A stretch of DNA of 64,000 nucleotides, taken from NCBI GenBank assembly GCA_040285855.1, contig JAUFOQ010000002.1, positions 2,604,001 through 2,668,000 on the forward strand, in the 5' to 3' direction. Below the pieces are notes generated by a model. The model had not been told where the DNA came from. It worked only from the letters and a program-made list of their open reading frames with translations, and ran no database searches. Below are positions 48,330 to 60,199 of the stretch, piece by piece. Positions within the stretch are counted from its first letter, which is position 1; every line of letters begins with the position of its first letter. Source of the DNA: Eukaryota sp. GEM-RC1. Its lineage: Eukaryota. The position numbers and the translations under genes are program-made.

Positions 48330-48421
48330 GTTAAAGGAGGTCTAGGTGGGTTTAGTCCAAAAAAACCCAACACAGACTCTACTACTAGTAATAGCAAAGG
48401 CTTCATCTACCTTCACTTCTT

Positions 48422-48979
48422 ATGGGAACGTACAGCTTCGCTTATGCTCATCGGAACTTGACTTCACTTCAGCCCATCATTGGTCAGTTGAAACGTCATC
48501 TCACTGAACTTGACCTCTCAAATAACAACATATCCGACTTGTCTCTACTTTCACAGTGTCCTAATCTGAGTGTCATAGTCCTTAACAACAACAAAATCAC
48601 AGATACCTCCACTTTTCCTCTCTTACTTAATCTGAAAACACTGTGGCTGGCTCATAATTCAATTAACAACATCCACCGACTTCTTACCTCCTTAGAGAAA
48701 AGCTGTCCTAATCTAACGGATCTACTTCTTCTTGGAAACGAGTGTTGTCCGTCCTACCTCAATGCCCACACCAAACGTGAATATACAGAGTATCGACATT
48801 TTGTTTTGAGTCGACTGTCTTCTCTAAAAGTCTTAGATTGTCAAACTGTTACTGATGAAGAACGGTTTAATGCTATCAAGTTTAGTTGTTTTACTCAAAA
48901 ACCAAGAGCTTCAGAAAGAAGACGCGATCGCCCGTTGTTATCTTTACCATATTCCCCCCTCTCTAACATCTCTTCATGA
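48422..48979 (+). CDS. SDS22-like LRR protein with LRRcap (LRMDA/C10orf11-like)
   Basis: LDLSNNNI, LWLAHNSI, LLGNECCP, YRHFVLSRLSSLKVLD. Confidence 0.8.
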   Translation: MGTYSFAYAHRNLTSLQPIIGQLKRHLTELDLSNNNISDLSLLSQCPNLSVIVLNNNKITDTSTFPLLLNLKTLWLAHNSINNIHRLLTSLEKSCPNLTDLLLLGNECCPSYLNAHTKREYTEYRHFVLSRLSSLKVLDCQTVTDEERFNAIKFSCFTQKPRASERRRDRPLLSLPYSPLSNISS

Positions 48980-49110
48980 TTCTTTTGATGCCATAGCTAG
49001 TCCGCGTTCGGTTGAAAAAGCAACGGTGACGACACCGACTGTTAAATATCAGTCGTAATTGATTGATTTTTAGTCTTTCAACTTTTTTTGCTTCGGTTGT
49101 GTTAATAAAC

Positions 49111-49270
49111 TACTCTTAAGTGATTTATTGATACTAATTATGAATGTCCAGTGAAACAGCACCAAACAATAATTACTCTGATTCAGACTAATTACTGATT
49201 CAGAGTAATTAATGACCGGAAAAATTAGTCTGAATCAGAGTAATTATGAATATTCATATTTAGTCTGAAC
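49111..49270. mobile_element. Degenerate left end of a Tc1/mariner-type element
   Basis: ACTAATTATGAATGTCCAGTGAAA...CCAAACAATAATT shared with 56854..56950; AATTAGTCTGA(A/T)TCAGA palindromes. Confidence 0.6.
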
Positions 49271-49599
49271 AAATATCTTAAACAAAAGGAATTCCTTGAC
49301 CATAAATTGTTGTTTTGTCTTCACAAATGTTACATTGAACACCACGATCGTTGTTGGTACCGTCAATGGTTGTTTTAGACCGAGGAACTACAGAAACTGG
49401 ACTGGTCTGCTATTAGATTGCCTCTTCAAAATTGATTAGTAACCGAATTGTCCTTCAAGCAAGTGTGAACAGTGTGGGACGAGGTTTGTATACGTCAATT
49501 CAAACAGTGTCTAGAGAAAAAATGAAAAAAATGGACTGTTTAATACCATTTTACTGAAATATATTTTTAATTTGATATTTGTTTATGGAACAAAAACAC

Positions 49600-51909
49600 T
49601 AAGATAAACACAAATACTAGAACTCAATACCATTAAAGCAACAATCATTACCATTAAAACTCACATCAGCTTTTTCTTCATAAAAAACACTGAGAGCTAA
49701 TAGAGCTTTTGAAATCATGATAGGAATTGTTTTAAATATTGTAAAAACAATACGATTCAACCAAAATTGAAATCAAATTTCTTGTTCATTCTTTTTTTGA
49801 CCACTTTCTCAAAACCAGAGAGAAAACAAAGAGCATCTCTACCAAGTCGACCATAAATTGAAATTGCAAAAGGGCATAATTTGTACTCAACATGTCTAAT
49901 ATGTTTGAGAGCAGTCAATGGTTCATCATATTTGTTTCTCTTGTACTGTTCTGAAGAATTTAGTGGAGAAACTTCATTTTTAGCATCCTTGAATGCACTT
50001 TTTTTTGCAAACATCCACAGTAATCACATCAACAACCGTTAGTTCATCATTGACTGATGGAACTATGACATCAGCTCTTCTTTTACCAAAAGTCTTATAA
50101 GAATCACTATTTTTTTAATTATTGATTTCCAGTGATCTCAACAGTGGCTCAACGAAAGATTCGATTTTGTAGGACTTACACATGGTATGAATTTGATCTC
50201 TGACAGCATCATGAGTACAAGTTCTATAAGTAATGAAACGATTGCAACTCAAAAGGTGAGAAAAAGTAACTAATTTACCACATTTACATTGAAGATCATT
50301 AGGTAAATTAGAGGGCCACAAGAAACATCGAAGTCTGAATGTTGTAGTCCATTGATGATCTTTCAACAACAAACCATAAATCTGAGGAATTTGGTTAATG
50401 AAAGCAACAAAAGAACTTTCCTTCAAATCGATTAAAAAATTTGCGAACGCTGGATTTTTTTCTTTGGCCGAGCCAAGTCGAATGTTAAAATCCAAACATT
50501 TAAAATGTTTTAAAAAAGTGTTTTTGGAGTTTCTTAAGAGCGAATTTTAAAGAGGTGACACATCGATCTGGTATTTCACAAATATCCGCTGGAAAACAAG
50601 TTTGCCAGAGGTCAGGAGAAATTAGCGACAATTCTGATCTGAAATTTACCAAGGAAAAACTACTGGTTGAAACAAGAAGATTTTCTTGACTTGGGTAACG
50701 TCTACAGAACTCAAAGACAAAACTCTTACCACCACCAATGAAAGCAGATTTGGTCCACCATTTAGACGAAGTGAAACCAATACCACCAAGATGAGAATCT
50801 GAGAAGATGTTTGTTCAATGCAGGAGCATCCACTGATAACAAAAATGCAAGAAAGTCAGTACGAATTTTGTTAAAGCTTCTACAGAAGTTATAGGTAAGT
50901 ACAGGGGGTAGAGAGCGAAGCAGATGAGTAACTTATCATGAATAGCAAATTTTTAGCATGAAGAATTTGAGATGTTTTTCCAATTGCCATTCCTTAATTT
51001 GATCTAATTCTTCTCGCATTGAATCCAAATATACATTCAGATCTTTAACAATGTTGTCATGTGAACCAAGAAAGCAACCTAGAAATCTAAAGCTTGAAGA
51101 TAAGTAGTTCACAAAGGGAACCTCTAAAGAATTAACAATTAAAGTTACAGGTACCTTCTAGTTGGCAATCAAAAACATTTTTGCACATTTAATTGAAGTC
51201 CAATTGCATCGTACAAATGAGCAGCCTGATTCGCAATAATACGAAGAGTTGACATAGGAGCAATAAACGAAATGTCATCCATATAAGCTACAATTTCTAA
51301 GTCTGCATGTTCTACTGTGAGTTTTTTCATGATTGGACGAATAACGAAACAAAGAAAGAAGGGACCAAGAGGATCTCCTTGTTTAACACCAGAAACAGAA
51401 TTAAGAGCAAATGAATTAAAAGCCAAGTCAGAAGAGTGACCATAAAAACAATGAAAAAGGTTCCTAATTCTGAAAAACTCTTTTCCAATTCAGAACAAAT
51501 GGCAGATCGTTTAACAGAATTAAAAGCATTCTTAAAATCCAAATTGAAAATGCAATTATTTTCAACTGCATTGGAGAAAACATCAAAAGAAAGGGCAGCC
51601 ACAGAAGCTCCATCAATGGTCTTAATACCATGTTGGTAAGGTGAAAAAAATCCTTGGCTTTGTTGGAAATTCTTCCAAAGACAACAGAAGCAAACAGACG
51701 ATAAATAGCTTCACCGACAGCAATAGGACGGATTTTCATATTAGGCATAATCAGTGCAACCAATCGAGAAGCAGACAACTCTTTAGGGGGAACAACCTTC
51801 GATAACAAAACATTGTTGAAAATGAGACATAAATCTTCAACAATAAGTGAATTTTGACGTGAAACAGAATTGAGCATAACTGAAATATGTTGAACATTCC
51901 TAAAGTGAT
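49600..51909 (-). mobile_element. Degenerate CRE-like non-LTR retrotransposon (RT, Zn knuckle, RLE)
   Basis: IRPIAVGEAIYRL, LDFKNAFNSV, GVKQGDPLGP, YMDD, CKCG...HLLSC, HDAVRD, PFAISIYGRLG. Confidence 0.9.
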
Positions 51910-51970
51910 CAAACAATAATTAGTCTGATTCAGACTCATAAGTGATTCAGACTAATTGTTGTGAAGAGTG
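51910..51970. mobile_element. Right end of a Tc1/mariner-type element
   Basis: ...CAGACTAATTGTTGTGAAGAGTG followed by TA; reverse complement of the end at 56854. Confidence 0.75.
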
Positions 51971-52049
51971 TAGCATTAGTACATGTAGTAGTACTACTAG
52001 AAGTACTACACTGTACATCTGGGGTTCTCAAAATTCGTGCACGGGGGGG

Positions 52050-52545
52050 CAGGGATGAGGTAGAATATATGGCCGTAATACGGACTCTGATTTTTGCATT
52101 GCCGCAAATTATTCCGTACTTTGGATATATTCTTTCCGTACATTTACCAAACAAAGGATGACAAATCTTTATTAAATGAATACAAACGACAACTATTAAT
52201 CAATTATATGTACTTCTTTTTCTTCTACGACGGGTTTCAAAATCAAAGCTTTACGAATAACTTCTTCATCCCACAACTTTTCATTTGATCTGAGAAAGAG
52301 TTCCATTGCCAGTGTTTCAGGAGTTACCCTGTGTCTATTTGAACCCAAGCGGTGCTTAGCAATACTTATCCATATGAATACTTGTTTATTGGTAGGGGTG
52401 GGGGTATTCATAGAAGAAGAAACACTTAGGAAAGTACGGAAAATATTTTCTGTCCGTACTCCCGTAACAAAAAGAGAAGCTGTACCGTATTCCCGTATAT
52501 TATACGGGAATTATTTTCACTGGAATAATTTTTACCGCATCCCTG
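52050..52545. mobile_element. Non-autonomous hAT element
   Basis: Imperfect TIR CAGGGATG(A/C)GGTA. hAT dimerisation remnant RHRVTPETLAMELFLRSNEKLW (52196..52411 -). TSD degenerate (CGGGGGGG / CCGGGGAG). Confidence 0.75.
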
Positions 52546-53482
52546 CCGGGGAGGTGGGAGTCCCACACCTAGACCATGGGACCCACTTCACTTTCCACCA
52601 CCTTAATTTTCCACCACCTTAAAAACACGTCTTTAACACGTTATCCGTCTTGGACTTATGGATGTTTACATCTCTCTAACATAATCGATGCTTACTTAGA
52701 GTTCATCATGTGTTGTTCTGGATGGGATTCATTAGGAATGACTTTTTGTGAGTTTCCACCTTCTTTCTGTGCTTGTTTCCGTCATGGATATCCCATGAAG
52801 CTGCTGAGTGGGATGTTTTTTATGAAGGCGTCATTTAAGATCACATGAAGAACTCGATTAGTGTTTGTTTCCTTTATCTCAAATGTCTTGAATGTACTTC
52901 ACTCGTCTAGAAACTGCTTTTAAGCTCACGCCTTCACCAGTTTTCAACAATGATTGTGGATCTATGCGCTGTGTATCGATAGCTTTATATTAGATGTAAG
53001 GTCTTCGAATAAAACAACTGCTTTAGTCCTTCAGACGAACGCAAGACAAACAAATGTTGAAATCTATGATACTGTCACATAGAGCTAAGCAGTTAGATGT
53101 GCTCCGCCCTCAAACAGTATATTATTGTACACACACTCTTGTGACCGGTATTCGTCTGATAGATGGAGAAAACAACAACATGATGAATATTTTGAAGGGT
53201 TTGAAGACATGATATTGATATGTCGGGAAGGGAAGGAACGCAGCAGACAAAAAGAGGAGACAAGATTTATAACGTACAGAACGAACAAAAACTAACAATA
53301 TCATCCAAGAAACTAGGGAGTACATCGTAGAAAGTACCTAGCGAGGATGAAGGCGATCAGCATTCAGAGGTGTGTCATGAATGGAGAAAGAGTTTGAAAT
53401 TGGGTAAGGATGTTCAGCTAAGGTGTGGGATAGTGCAAATTCATTGAAAACGACAGACTACAGTAGGATCTACAGTTCTATT

Positions 53483-54659
53483 TAGGGCTGTCAATTTCTC
53501 CCATTTCTCCCAACTCCCACCCAACTCCCATCTCCCATGACCCTTGGGAGTGGGAGTGGGAGCTTCAGTAGCAATTTTTGGGAGTGGGAGTGGGAGTGGG
53601 AGCTCTCCGTTGGGAGGTGGGAACTCCCAAAATCTCCCATCTCCCATTTACAGACACAACTCTAACTTCAATTTAAAACAGAAACAAGCTAGCTAGACAA
53701 ATACAGTTATAATTTTTCTAGAATATTAATAGGACTAGGTGTATTACATTTTTACTGTCTTTGTTTTGTTTTATTTATTTTCGTTTTATAAAGAGCGTGG
53801 TTGTTTATCTGTAAATTTCAACCAATGTCATCGCTTGATTTATCTGAAGATCCTGAAAACTCTGGTCTGTTTAAACATCCTGATTTTATTGAATTTGTTT
53901 CCTCTCTTTCAGTTTCAAAATTCCAAAAAGAACCACGATAAGAAATGATATGTTGAATGTTTATGAGTCATTTAAAGGATACTTGATAGATAAATTCAAA
54001 AATGTGTGTAATTCTTCTAAAGTATCTATTAGGATTGATAGATGGACATCGAATACAAACAAGCATTTTAATGGGGTAACAGTTCACTGTATTGAAGACT
54101 GGAATTTAAACATTTACAATGTACGTCCACGGTTTTAAGCACTTGAAAGAAAACCACACTGCCATCAACATTGCCGATGCTGTGGAAGAAATTATTACTG
54201 AATTTGGTTTAAAATACAAAATGTGTTGTGTTTCAACAGGTATTCACGACTATCCGCATACATTGTATGCTAAGAACTTTATGACAACACAAGCCTCATC
54301 AGTTCCAAGTGAACAGTTATTTTCTCAGGCAGGGTGTGTTGTTACGAAGTTACGAGCTTCCTTGAGTAGTGATTCTATTGAAGTAGTCCTTTGTTTGAAA
54401 TCATGGTTCAAAGGTCGGGAGATGAGAGAGTTGTTCATGAATCAGAGATAGAGTTAGTGATTGTTATGTTTATAAAGTAAAGTGTCATTGTACTAGAAGA
54501 TACAAAAATGGGAGTTGGGTGGGAGTTGGGAGAATTTGTTGGGAGTTGGGAGTTGGGTGGGAGTGGGAGTCTCACCTATGACAAGTGGGAGGTGGGAGTG
54601 GTAGTGGGAGAACACGTGTTGGGAGTGGGAGAAACTCCCATCTCCCATTAACAGCCCTA
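53483..54659 (+). mobile_element. Internally deleted hAT transposon (1177 bp)
   Basis: TIR TAGGGCTGT/ACAGCCCTA. Perfect 8-bp TSD GTTCTATT. Subterminal GGGAG(T) repeats. Transposase remnants IDRWTS, ENHTA, ASSVPSEQLFSQAG..R.SL...IE..LCLKSW. Confidence 0.95.
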
Positions 54660-54700
54660 GTTCTATTAGATGTACAGTTCGAAATCTTCTCCCCCCAATT

Positions 54701-56425
54701 ATGGCATATGAAATTGATCGTCAAGTGTCACCTTATTGTTTCAGCTCTTCAAGTCGCGCAGTCTCGGAATGTATGGACATCTTCGGTTGTGAGGTTCTAG
54801 AATCTAATATTGAGACGTTTTTCCGTGATGTTGCTCATGAATCGAGTGATTCCTCAACTCTAAAAGTTCCAGACACAGACACTGAATTAGTAAATTGGCT
54901 ACAGAACATGCTTCCTTCCTTTGGATTTCTTGGAACTGCGAAAGTTCATAATGGGGATATCATGTTGTCACACAGGGTACATCTACTGCATCTCGGCACT
55001 TATGTGGACCACATGATAACTCTATCCTCTCGTTTTGGTTCTTACCTACTTCTTCCTATTGAGAACAAGGGGTCTTTATCTGGACAGCCACAGGGTGTGA
55101 GACAAGTTACCATCGAATGTGCCAATGCTATTGTGTCCAATTCTATAATGCTAGGAATCCCCCAAGATCAACCCCTATTTGGACTTATGATTATTGGAAC
55201 AAGGACCACTACACTACGTGTGGTTCGTGTTCAGAAAATCAATCATAGAGTCAATCGCTTTAGAGTTGCGATCTCTCCTGAACTCTGTACCACTGAACAC
55301 ATACTAAAATCTACCGAGAATGGTCAGAATGCATCTCCTTGGATTTCACGGCTTTTGGCTGCTGTCACGGCCTATGGTATGATTTTAGAAACAAAACTTC
55401 AAGAACAAATCCTGAGTAATCAATCTTTGACTCTCACTCACTTATGTGCTTATGATGAATATGAGTATCTTTTGAATATTCTTGAAGATACAGACAAATG
55501 GATTGTGGTCAATGCTACTCCTTGTAAAGCAACTGTGGTGAAGCTTGATGAAGATGGATCTCCTGTTAAATTTGGTTGTGTTCATTTGGGTGGTCCTATG
55601 CTTAGAATCATCAAGCATCCTAGAGAACGAGGTCCTCAATGGACTATGGTATTTCCAAAGTTGTTTGCAGTTGCAGATCCTGGTGGGGTAAACATTCTAA
55701 AGTTTGACACGTCACCACATCCAGTTTCTATTCGTTTGGATCAATTTGTTCTTTTGGCGCTTGAAGAAATCCTAGATGTTCAACAGTTCGACAATGCTGA
55801 TCCCTTTGTTGAAAAAGTTATTCACGGTGATACCAGATTGCCCAATTTCTTGTTTAATTTGGATTCTGAACATCCCTCTCTTTGTTTGATTGACTTTGAG
55901 TATTCTAGTTTGGAAGATTCCAGACTAGCTTGGACTACTAGAGCTCGGGCAGATAGCCCTCAAATACCTCCTCCACTTCGGTTCCAAAGAGGAAATGCCA
56001 TGGTAGCGACTCTGCCGTCTGATGATTTCTATATGTTTCTCTACTCGTTGTTGGTAGAAATTGAGTGGTCTACTCCGCAGAGTGTCATCAGAAATAACAA
56101 TGAGTTTGGATATCAAGATTTTTCATGCAGTATCAGACAATTATCTGAGATTATCTTAGATGATGCACAACGGAATTTGTTTGTAGAACTTTTAGAGCCA
56201 ATCGCTCCTAATCCTCCTCCTGAATATCAATCGTTTAGAAAACAGAGCGAACGTCGTGAGAACTTGCTTTTATATGAAGATCAGCTATACAACACAATTC
56301 GTAGTCACTGTGAACGAATTCGAAGTGGTGAGTTTGCAGATTTGTCGTTTTATGGTCACCCATCTGAACTCTTTGTTATTAAGAGATATATGGGCTCTAG
56401 AGTAATGAGGAAAACTGTATCATAA
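54701..56425 (+). CDS. Restriction-endonuclease-fold + protein kinase-like protein (Crinkler/RHS-type architecture)
   Basis: D...IENK...Q..IE...LFGLMIIGT (PD-(D/E)xK-like) followed by IHGDTRLPN and LIDFEYS. Confidence 0.65.
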   Translation: MAYEIDRQVSPYCFSSSSRAVSECMDIFGCEVLESNIETFFRDVAHESSDSSTLKVPDTDTELVNWLQNMLPSFGFLGTAKVHNGDIMLSHRVHLLHLGTYVDHMITLSSRFGSYLLLPIENKGSLSGQPQGVRQVTIECANAIVSNSIMLGIPQDQPLFGLMIIGTRTTTLRVVRVQKINHRVNRFRVAISPELCTTEHILKSTENGQNASPWISRLLAAVTAYGMILETKLQEQILSNQSLTLTHLCAYDEYEYLLNILEDTDKWIVVNATPCKATVVKLDEDGSPVKFGCVHLGGPMLRIIKHPRERGPQWTMVFPKLFAVADPGGVNILKFDTSPHPVSIRLDQFVLLALEEILDVQQFDNADPFVEKVIHGDTRLPNFLFNLDSEHPSLCLIDFEYSSLEDSRLAWTTRARADSPQIPPPLRFQRGNAMVATLPSDDFYMFLYSLLVEIEWSTPQSVIRNNNEFGYQDFSCSIRQLSEIILDDAQRNLFVELLEPIAPNPPPEYQSFRKQSERRENLLLYEDQLYNTIRSHCERIRSGEFADLSFYGHPSELFVIKRYMGSRVMRKTVS

Positions 56426-56853
56426 CGTCAAGTTTTAATATTATTCACCAATATAACAGACTTTTAGACTTTTAAATAAACTGATGTGCGTTCGTTCAAT
56501 CATGTGATTCATGGTCTTCTTTTGTACTGTTGACATTGTGCTGAAATCGCGTTCATTGAGTGAAACACTGTTGATTAGACTAAGTGTGACAATTGCAGTG
56601 TTGCGCCATAACCAAAAATAAATTTGCCACTGATGTTATGGATGTTGGCACCGTCAATTGTTGTTTTAGACCGAGGAATTGATAAATCAATTAATTCATT
56701 GATTTATCATAAACCTAGTTTTTAAGTCTGATACTAGTATGTAGTGGTGGTTAAACTGTTTGGAAAAATCTAATTATAGAAGCAAGACAATTCTGTTTAC
56801 CAAAAACGCTATTACTGAAGCAGCTGTCAATCAAAATATTCGCACAACAATCT

Positions 56854-56950
56854 ACACTCTTCACAACAATTAGTCGGAATCAGACTAATTATGAATGTCC
56901 AGTGAAATGGTACCAAACAATAATTAGTCTGATTCAGACTAATTACTGAC
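56854..56950. mobile_element. Solo left end of a Tc1/mariner-type element
   Basis: TA|CACTCTTCACAACAATTAGTC...; contains AATTAGTCTGATTCAGACTAATT. Confidence 0.7.
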
Positions 56951-57328
56951 TGTGTAATAGCAGTTAATATATGATTGACAGGTTCTCGACAGTTCTTTTA
57001 ACATTTCGGAATTTCAGAAAACCAGATGAACATTCGATCCCATTAGATCACACTCGATGGTCAAGTCTGAACATTTTAATTGGAGAGCGTTTTGTTAGAA
57101 ATGTTGATAACCAGTCTTATATGCAATTAAAATATTTGAATCAACGCTGTACAGTATTACTTATGACAAAATTCGACCGTAGTGAATCTTTGTTAACAAT
57201 AGTTTCCTTTAAAGTGAACAGAACTAACGAAATACAAAAATAGCACTGACAACATAACAAAAAAACCCATTAGAACTACAGTAGATAAACAACTAGAACT
57301 TAAACTGATTTAGTTTCTTCCCCAAAAA

Positions 57329-58939
57329 ATGTCCTCCACCAACAACCTCTCTCTACGAGGAAGAGGTCAGAGTACTTCTGCTCAATCTTCTCGCCGACCT
57401 CGCACTGCCAACACCTTTGGCGTTTCCAATCCACAAACCACACGTCGACCTTCTACTTCTCGAACTGCCAGACAATCTCGTCCTATCCCTGAAACTCACC
57501 CTTCAGCTGAAGTGGTTGATGAACTTTACGTCAAAAATCTTCAAGATCAAATTCAGTTTCTAGAGCTCGAAAACACTCTGTTACGTGAAAAACACTCAAA
57601 AAAGTCCAAAGCCAACACATCCAGAGGCACCACTACTCATGTTGACCAACAAGACGTCCAAGCAGAATACATCCAGGACTTGGAAGAGACAATTCGACGA
57701 TTAGAACGAAAGCTCTCAAGACAACAAAAAGACCATACTGAAGAACACCAATCTCTCATCAAAACTATAGAGAAGTTGGAGTTGGATTTATCAATTAAAC
57801 ACGAAGAGCACTTGTCACTGAATGTGGAGGTTGGGGAAGTGGAGGAGAAGTATAGTAGGAAAGAGGATGAACTGAACGCGGTTGTACGGTCTTTAAAGGA
57901 GGATATTGCTCAAAAAGATCACGATATTCTAATTCTTCAAGATGAAATCAACGATATTGAAGCTAAACTTACACAGTCTTTAGAAACTCAACAAACTCTC
58001 TGTCAGAAACTATCAGATTTAAATTCTGAAAAATCTGCTGTTTTTAGAAAGTTTACAGGCGAAGAACAACGCAACGAGCACCTTCAGAAAAGAATTGACT
58101 CGCTGGTCGATGAAGTGGCACACCTGGAATCAGAACTTCAAATCAAGATGGAGGAAAGTGTCAATGAACAGTTGAAATCAGAACGTGATGATTTACTTAC
58201 TAAAATTGATGAATTCAAGAGAAGTCAAATAGATGCCGAGACAGTTGCCAGAAGTGCTGAGCTCAAAAGGGATCAGTATGAGAAAATGGCGGTCGCCTGT
58301 CAGGATCAGATCTCAATGTTATCACGGTCAAATTCTGAGCTGTCACAGCAAGTGTCAGACCTTAATAGGCAGGTCAAGAACTTGAACGTGAGCAGTGAGA
58401 ATGTTTCCAATCAAATTAATGATTTGAAATCTAAAAATTTAAAATTGAAGGAAAATGTCACGACTTTGAATCGAGATCTTGAAGTCTCGAGAAGTCGTTA
58501 TTCTGATCTTGAGAGTGAAACTAATAGTCTTTCATCGGACAAAACTGGACTTGAGTTGGAGATTTCTCGACTTAATGATCGTGTAACTCAACAGTCGAAT
58601 GAAATTCAGGGATTCTTGGACAAATTGAAAAATTCTGATATGAAGCAAAAGGAAATGAAATCAATGATTGCTAGTTTACAGTCAGATTTGGATGCTAGTC
58701 AGCAGACGGCCAAAAGTGAACGTGAACAGGTCAAAAGTCTGAAGTTGTTGTTGTCGAAAACCCGCGGTGAACTAAATTTGGCAAGAAAGTTTAAAATTAT
58801 TGCTTCTGAATTGGAAGCTGTTAAGGGAATTCTGTCTGTCCACAAGAATCTGTCAGAAAAAGTCGGGACTTTGATTGAAGAAGTCGAGAATTGTGCGGAT
58901 AACAGTGATTACAACGACAGCGATTATTCTGACAGCTAA
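57329..58939 (+). CDS. Long coiled-coil protein (probably cytoskeletal or basal body)
   Basis: 536-aa intact ORF; R/S/T-rich N-terminus followed by heptad repeats. Confidence 0.75.
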   Translation: MSSTNNLSLRGRGQSTSAQSSRRPRTANTFGVSNPQTTRRPSTSRTARQSRPIPETHPSAEVVDELYVKNLQDQIQFLELENTLLREKHSKKSKANTSRGTTTHVDQQDVQAEYIQDLEETIRRLERKLSRQQKDHTEEHQSLIKTIEKLELDLSIKHEEHLSLNVEVGEVEEKYSRKEDELNAVVRSLKEDIAQKDHDILILQDEINDIEAKLTQSLETQQTLCQKLSDLNSEKSAVFRKFTGEEQRNEHLQKRIDSLVDEVAHLESELQIKMEESVNEQLKSERDDLLTKIDEFKRSQIDAETVARSAELKRDQYEKMAVACQDQISMLSRSNSELSQQVSDLNRQVKNLNVSSENVSNQINDLKSKNLKLKENVTTLNRDLEVSRSRYSDLESETNSLSSDKTGLELEISRLNDRVTQQSNEIQGFLDKLKNSDMKQKEMKSMIASLQSDLDASQQTAKSEREQVKSLKLLLSKTRGELNLARKFKIIASELEAVKGILSVHKNLSEKVGTLIEEVENCADNSDYNDSDYSDS

Positions 58940-59136
58940 TTTGTAGTATAATGTAATTTGATTTCCCATTTTGTTATTTTTTTGATCAAAGAGGCAAGAA
59001 CTCATTTGGAATACTTATAGAATTGCCACGCTTCCCAATTGAACAAACAAATTTAAAATTTTGACAATTGAAGCAATTGATTAGATAAGGAAAAAGTTTA
59101 TTCAAAAATAAATATGTATACAAAAGTCGGGGTTTG

Positions 59137-59788
59137 TTAGCCACAACTACATTTTGAAGAACTGTTAGTTTGTGGCACCATGACTGTATTTGATGGTTCT
59201 TCCTGTTGAGTTGACATCTTTTTAGATAGCTTAGAAGCCACGCTATAAAACATTTCCCGAACACCCGTTCCGTCCTTAGCAGAGACCTCAAAATGATCAA
59301 TGCTTCTCTCCTCAGCAAATGCTTTGGCTACAGATTCAGAAACAGCCCTGTCGCTGGCCATATCTGTTTTGTTTCCAACTAGGAAGACAGTGACTGAATC
59401 ATCAGCATAATCTTTGATAGTCTGAAGCCACATTTGACAGTTGGAAAAAGAAGAAGGTTTGGTGATATCATATACTAGAATAATGCCTGCAGCACCTCTT
59501 ATGTAGGCTCGCGTTATGCTAAGGAATCTTTCCTGCCCTGGGGTAAGGGAGAAAAGAGGGAACAAACCAGCTGTGTCCCAGAGTTGGAGCGGTACCACCT
59601 TGTCGTCCACTTTAACTTTGGTAGTCCTAAAATCCAGCCCAATAGTGGACATAAAAGAGGGAAAGAACTGATTATCTACATAACGAACGAGAACAGATGA
59701 TTTTCCAACAGTATAAGGTTAGAAAGAGTAGAAGTCGAGATCATACAGTATCACCAATAAGAAGAACCTTAAGTAGTTCCGAGGTCAT
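59137..59788 (-). CDS. Rab family small GTPase (Rab1/Rab8-like)
   Basis: IGDT.VGKS, STIGLDF, WDTAG|QERF, GNKTD, EVSAK, C-terminal CSCG; introns ~59713..59746 and 59538..59567. Confidence 0.92.
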
Positions 59789-60199
59789 GAAGAAGTAGAG
59801 AGATTGAGCAGAAGTGGATGAGAACGTGAATAGGGTTCTTTCCAGAAGTTTCCCATTCACAATCCTATTGTTATAATGTCGGACTCGTGATTCTCATAGT
59901 ATTAATGAGTTTACAACCTCAACCCATCTCAACCCAATGGGAAAAGGGCCTTTCCTGAAGCATCTGTACAAATGGCCAATCCAAAGCTAACAAGAAGTTA
60001 TACATGTAATATGTATACCTCTTTGTTTCTATGAAGTATATACTGTTTCTAGATAAAATCTATGAACGAGTAAACAGAGCCAATTCCGAGTCAACAACAC
60101 CACAGTCCTTGTACAAAGTTCATGTAAATTGGTCAGACTTCTCAGTTTTGAATTGATTTTAGGTCTATGTGTAGCACTCTTTTTTATAAACCTTTTTTA

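Noticed and set aside
49170..49270. CRISPR-like array suggested by repeated palindromes
   Set aside because: There is no regular repeat-spacer period, the context is eukaryotic, and the palindromes sit inside TA-flanked TIR ends.
53495..53647. Telomere-like or G-quadruplex GGGAGT repeats and ORF 53441..53647
   Set aside because: These are subterminal repeats of the hAT element, mirrored at 54509..54646.
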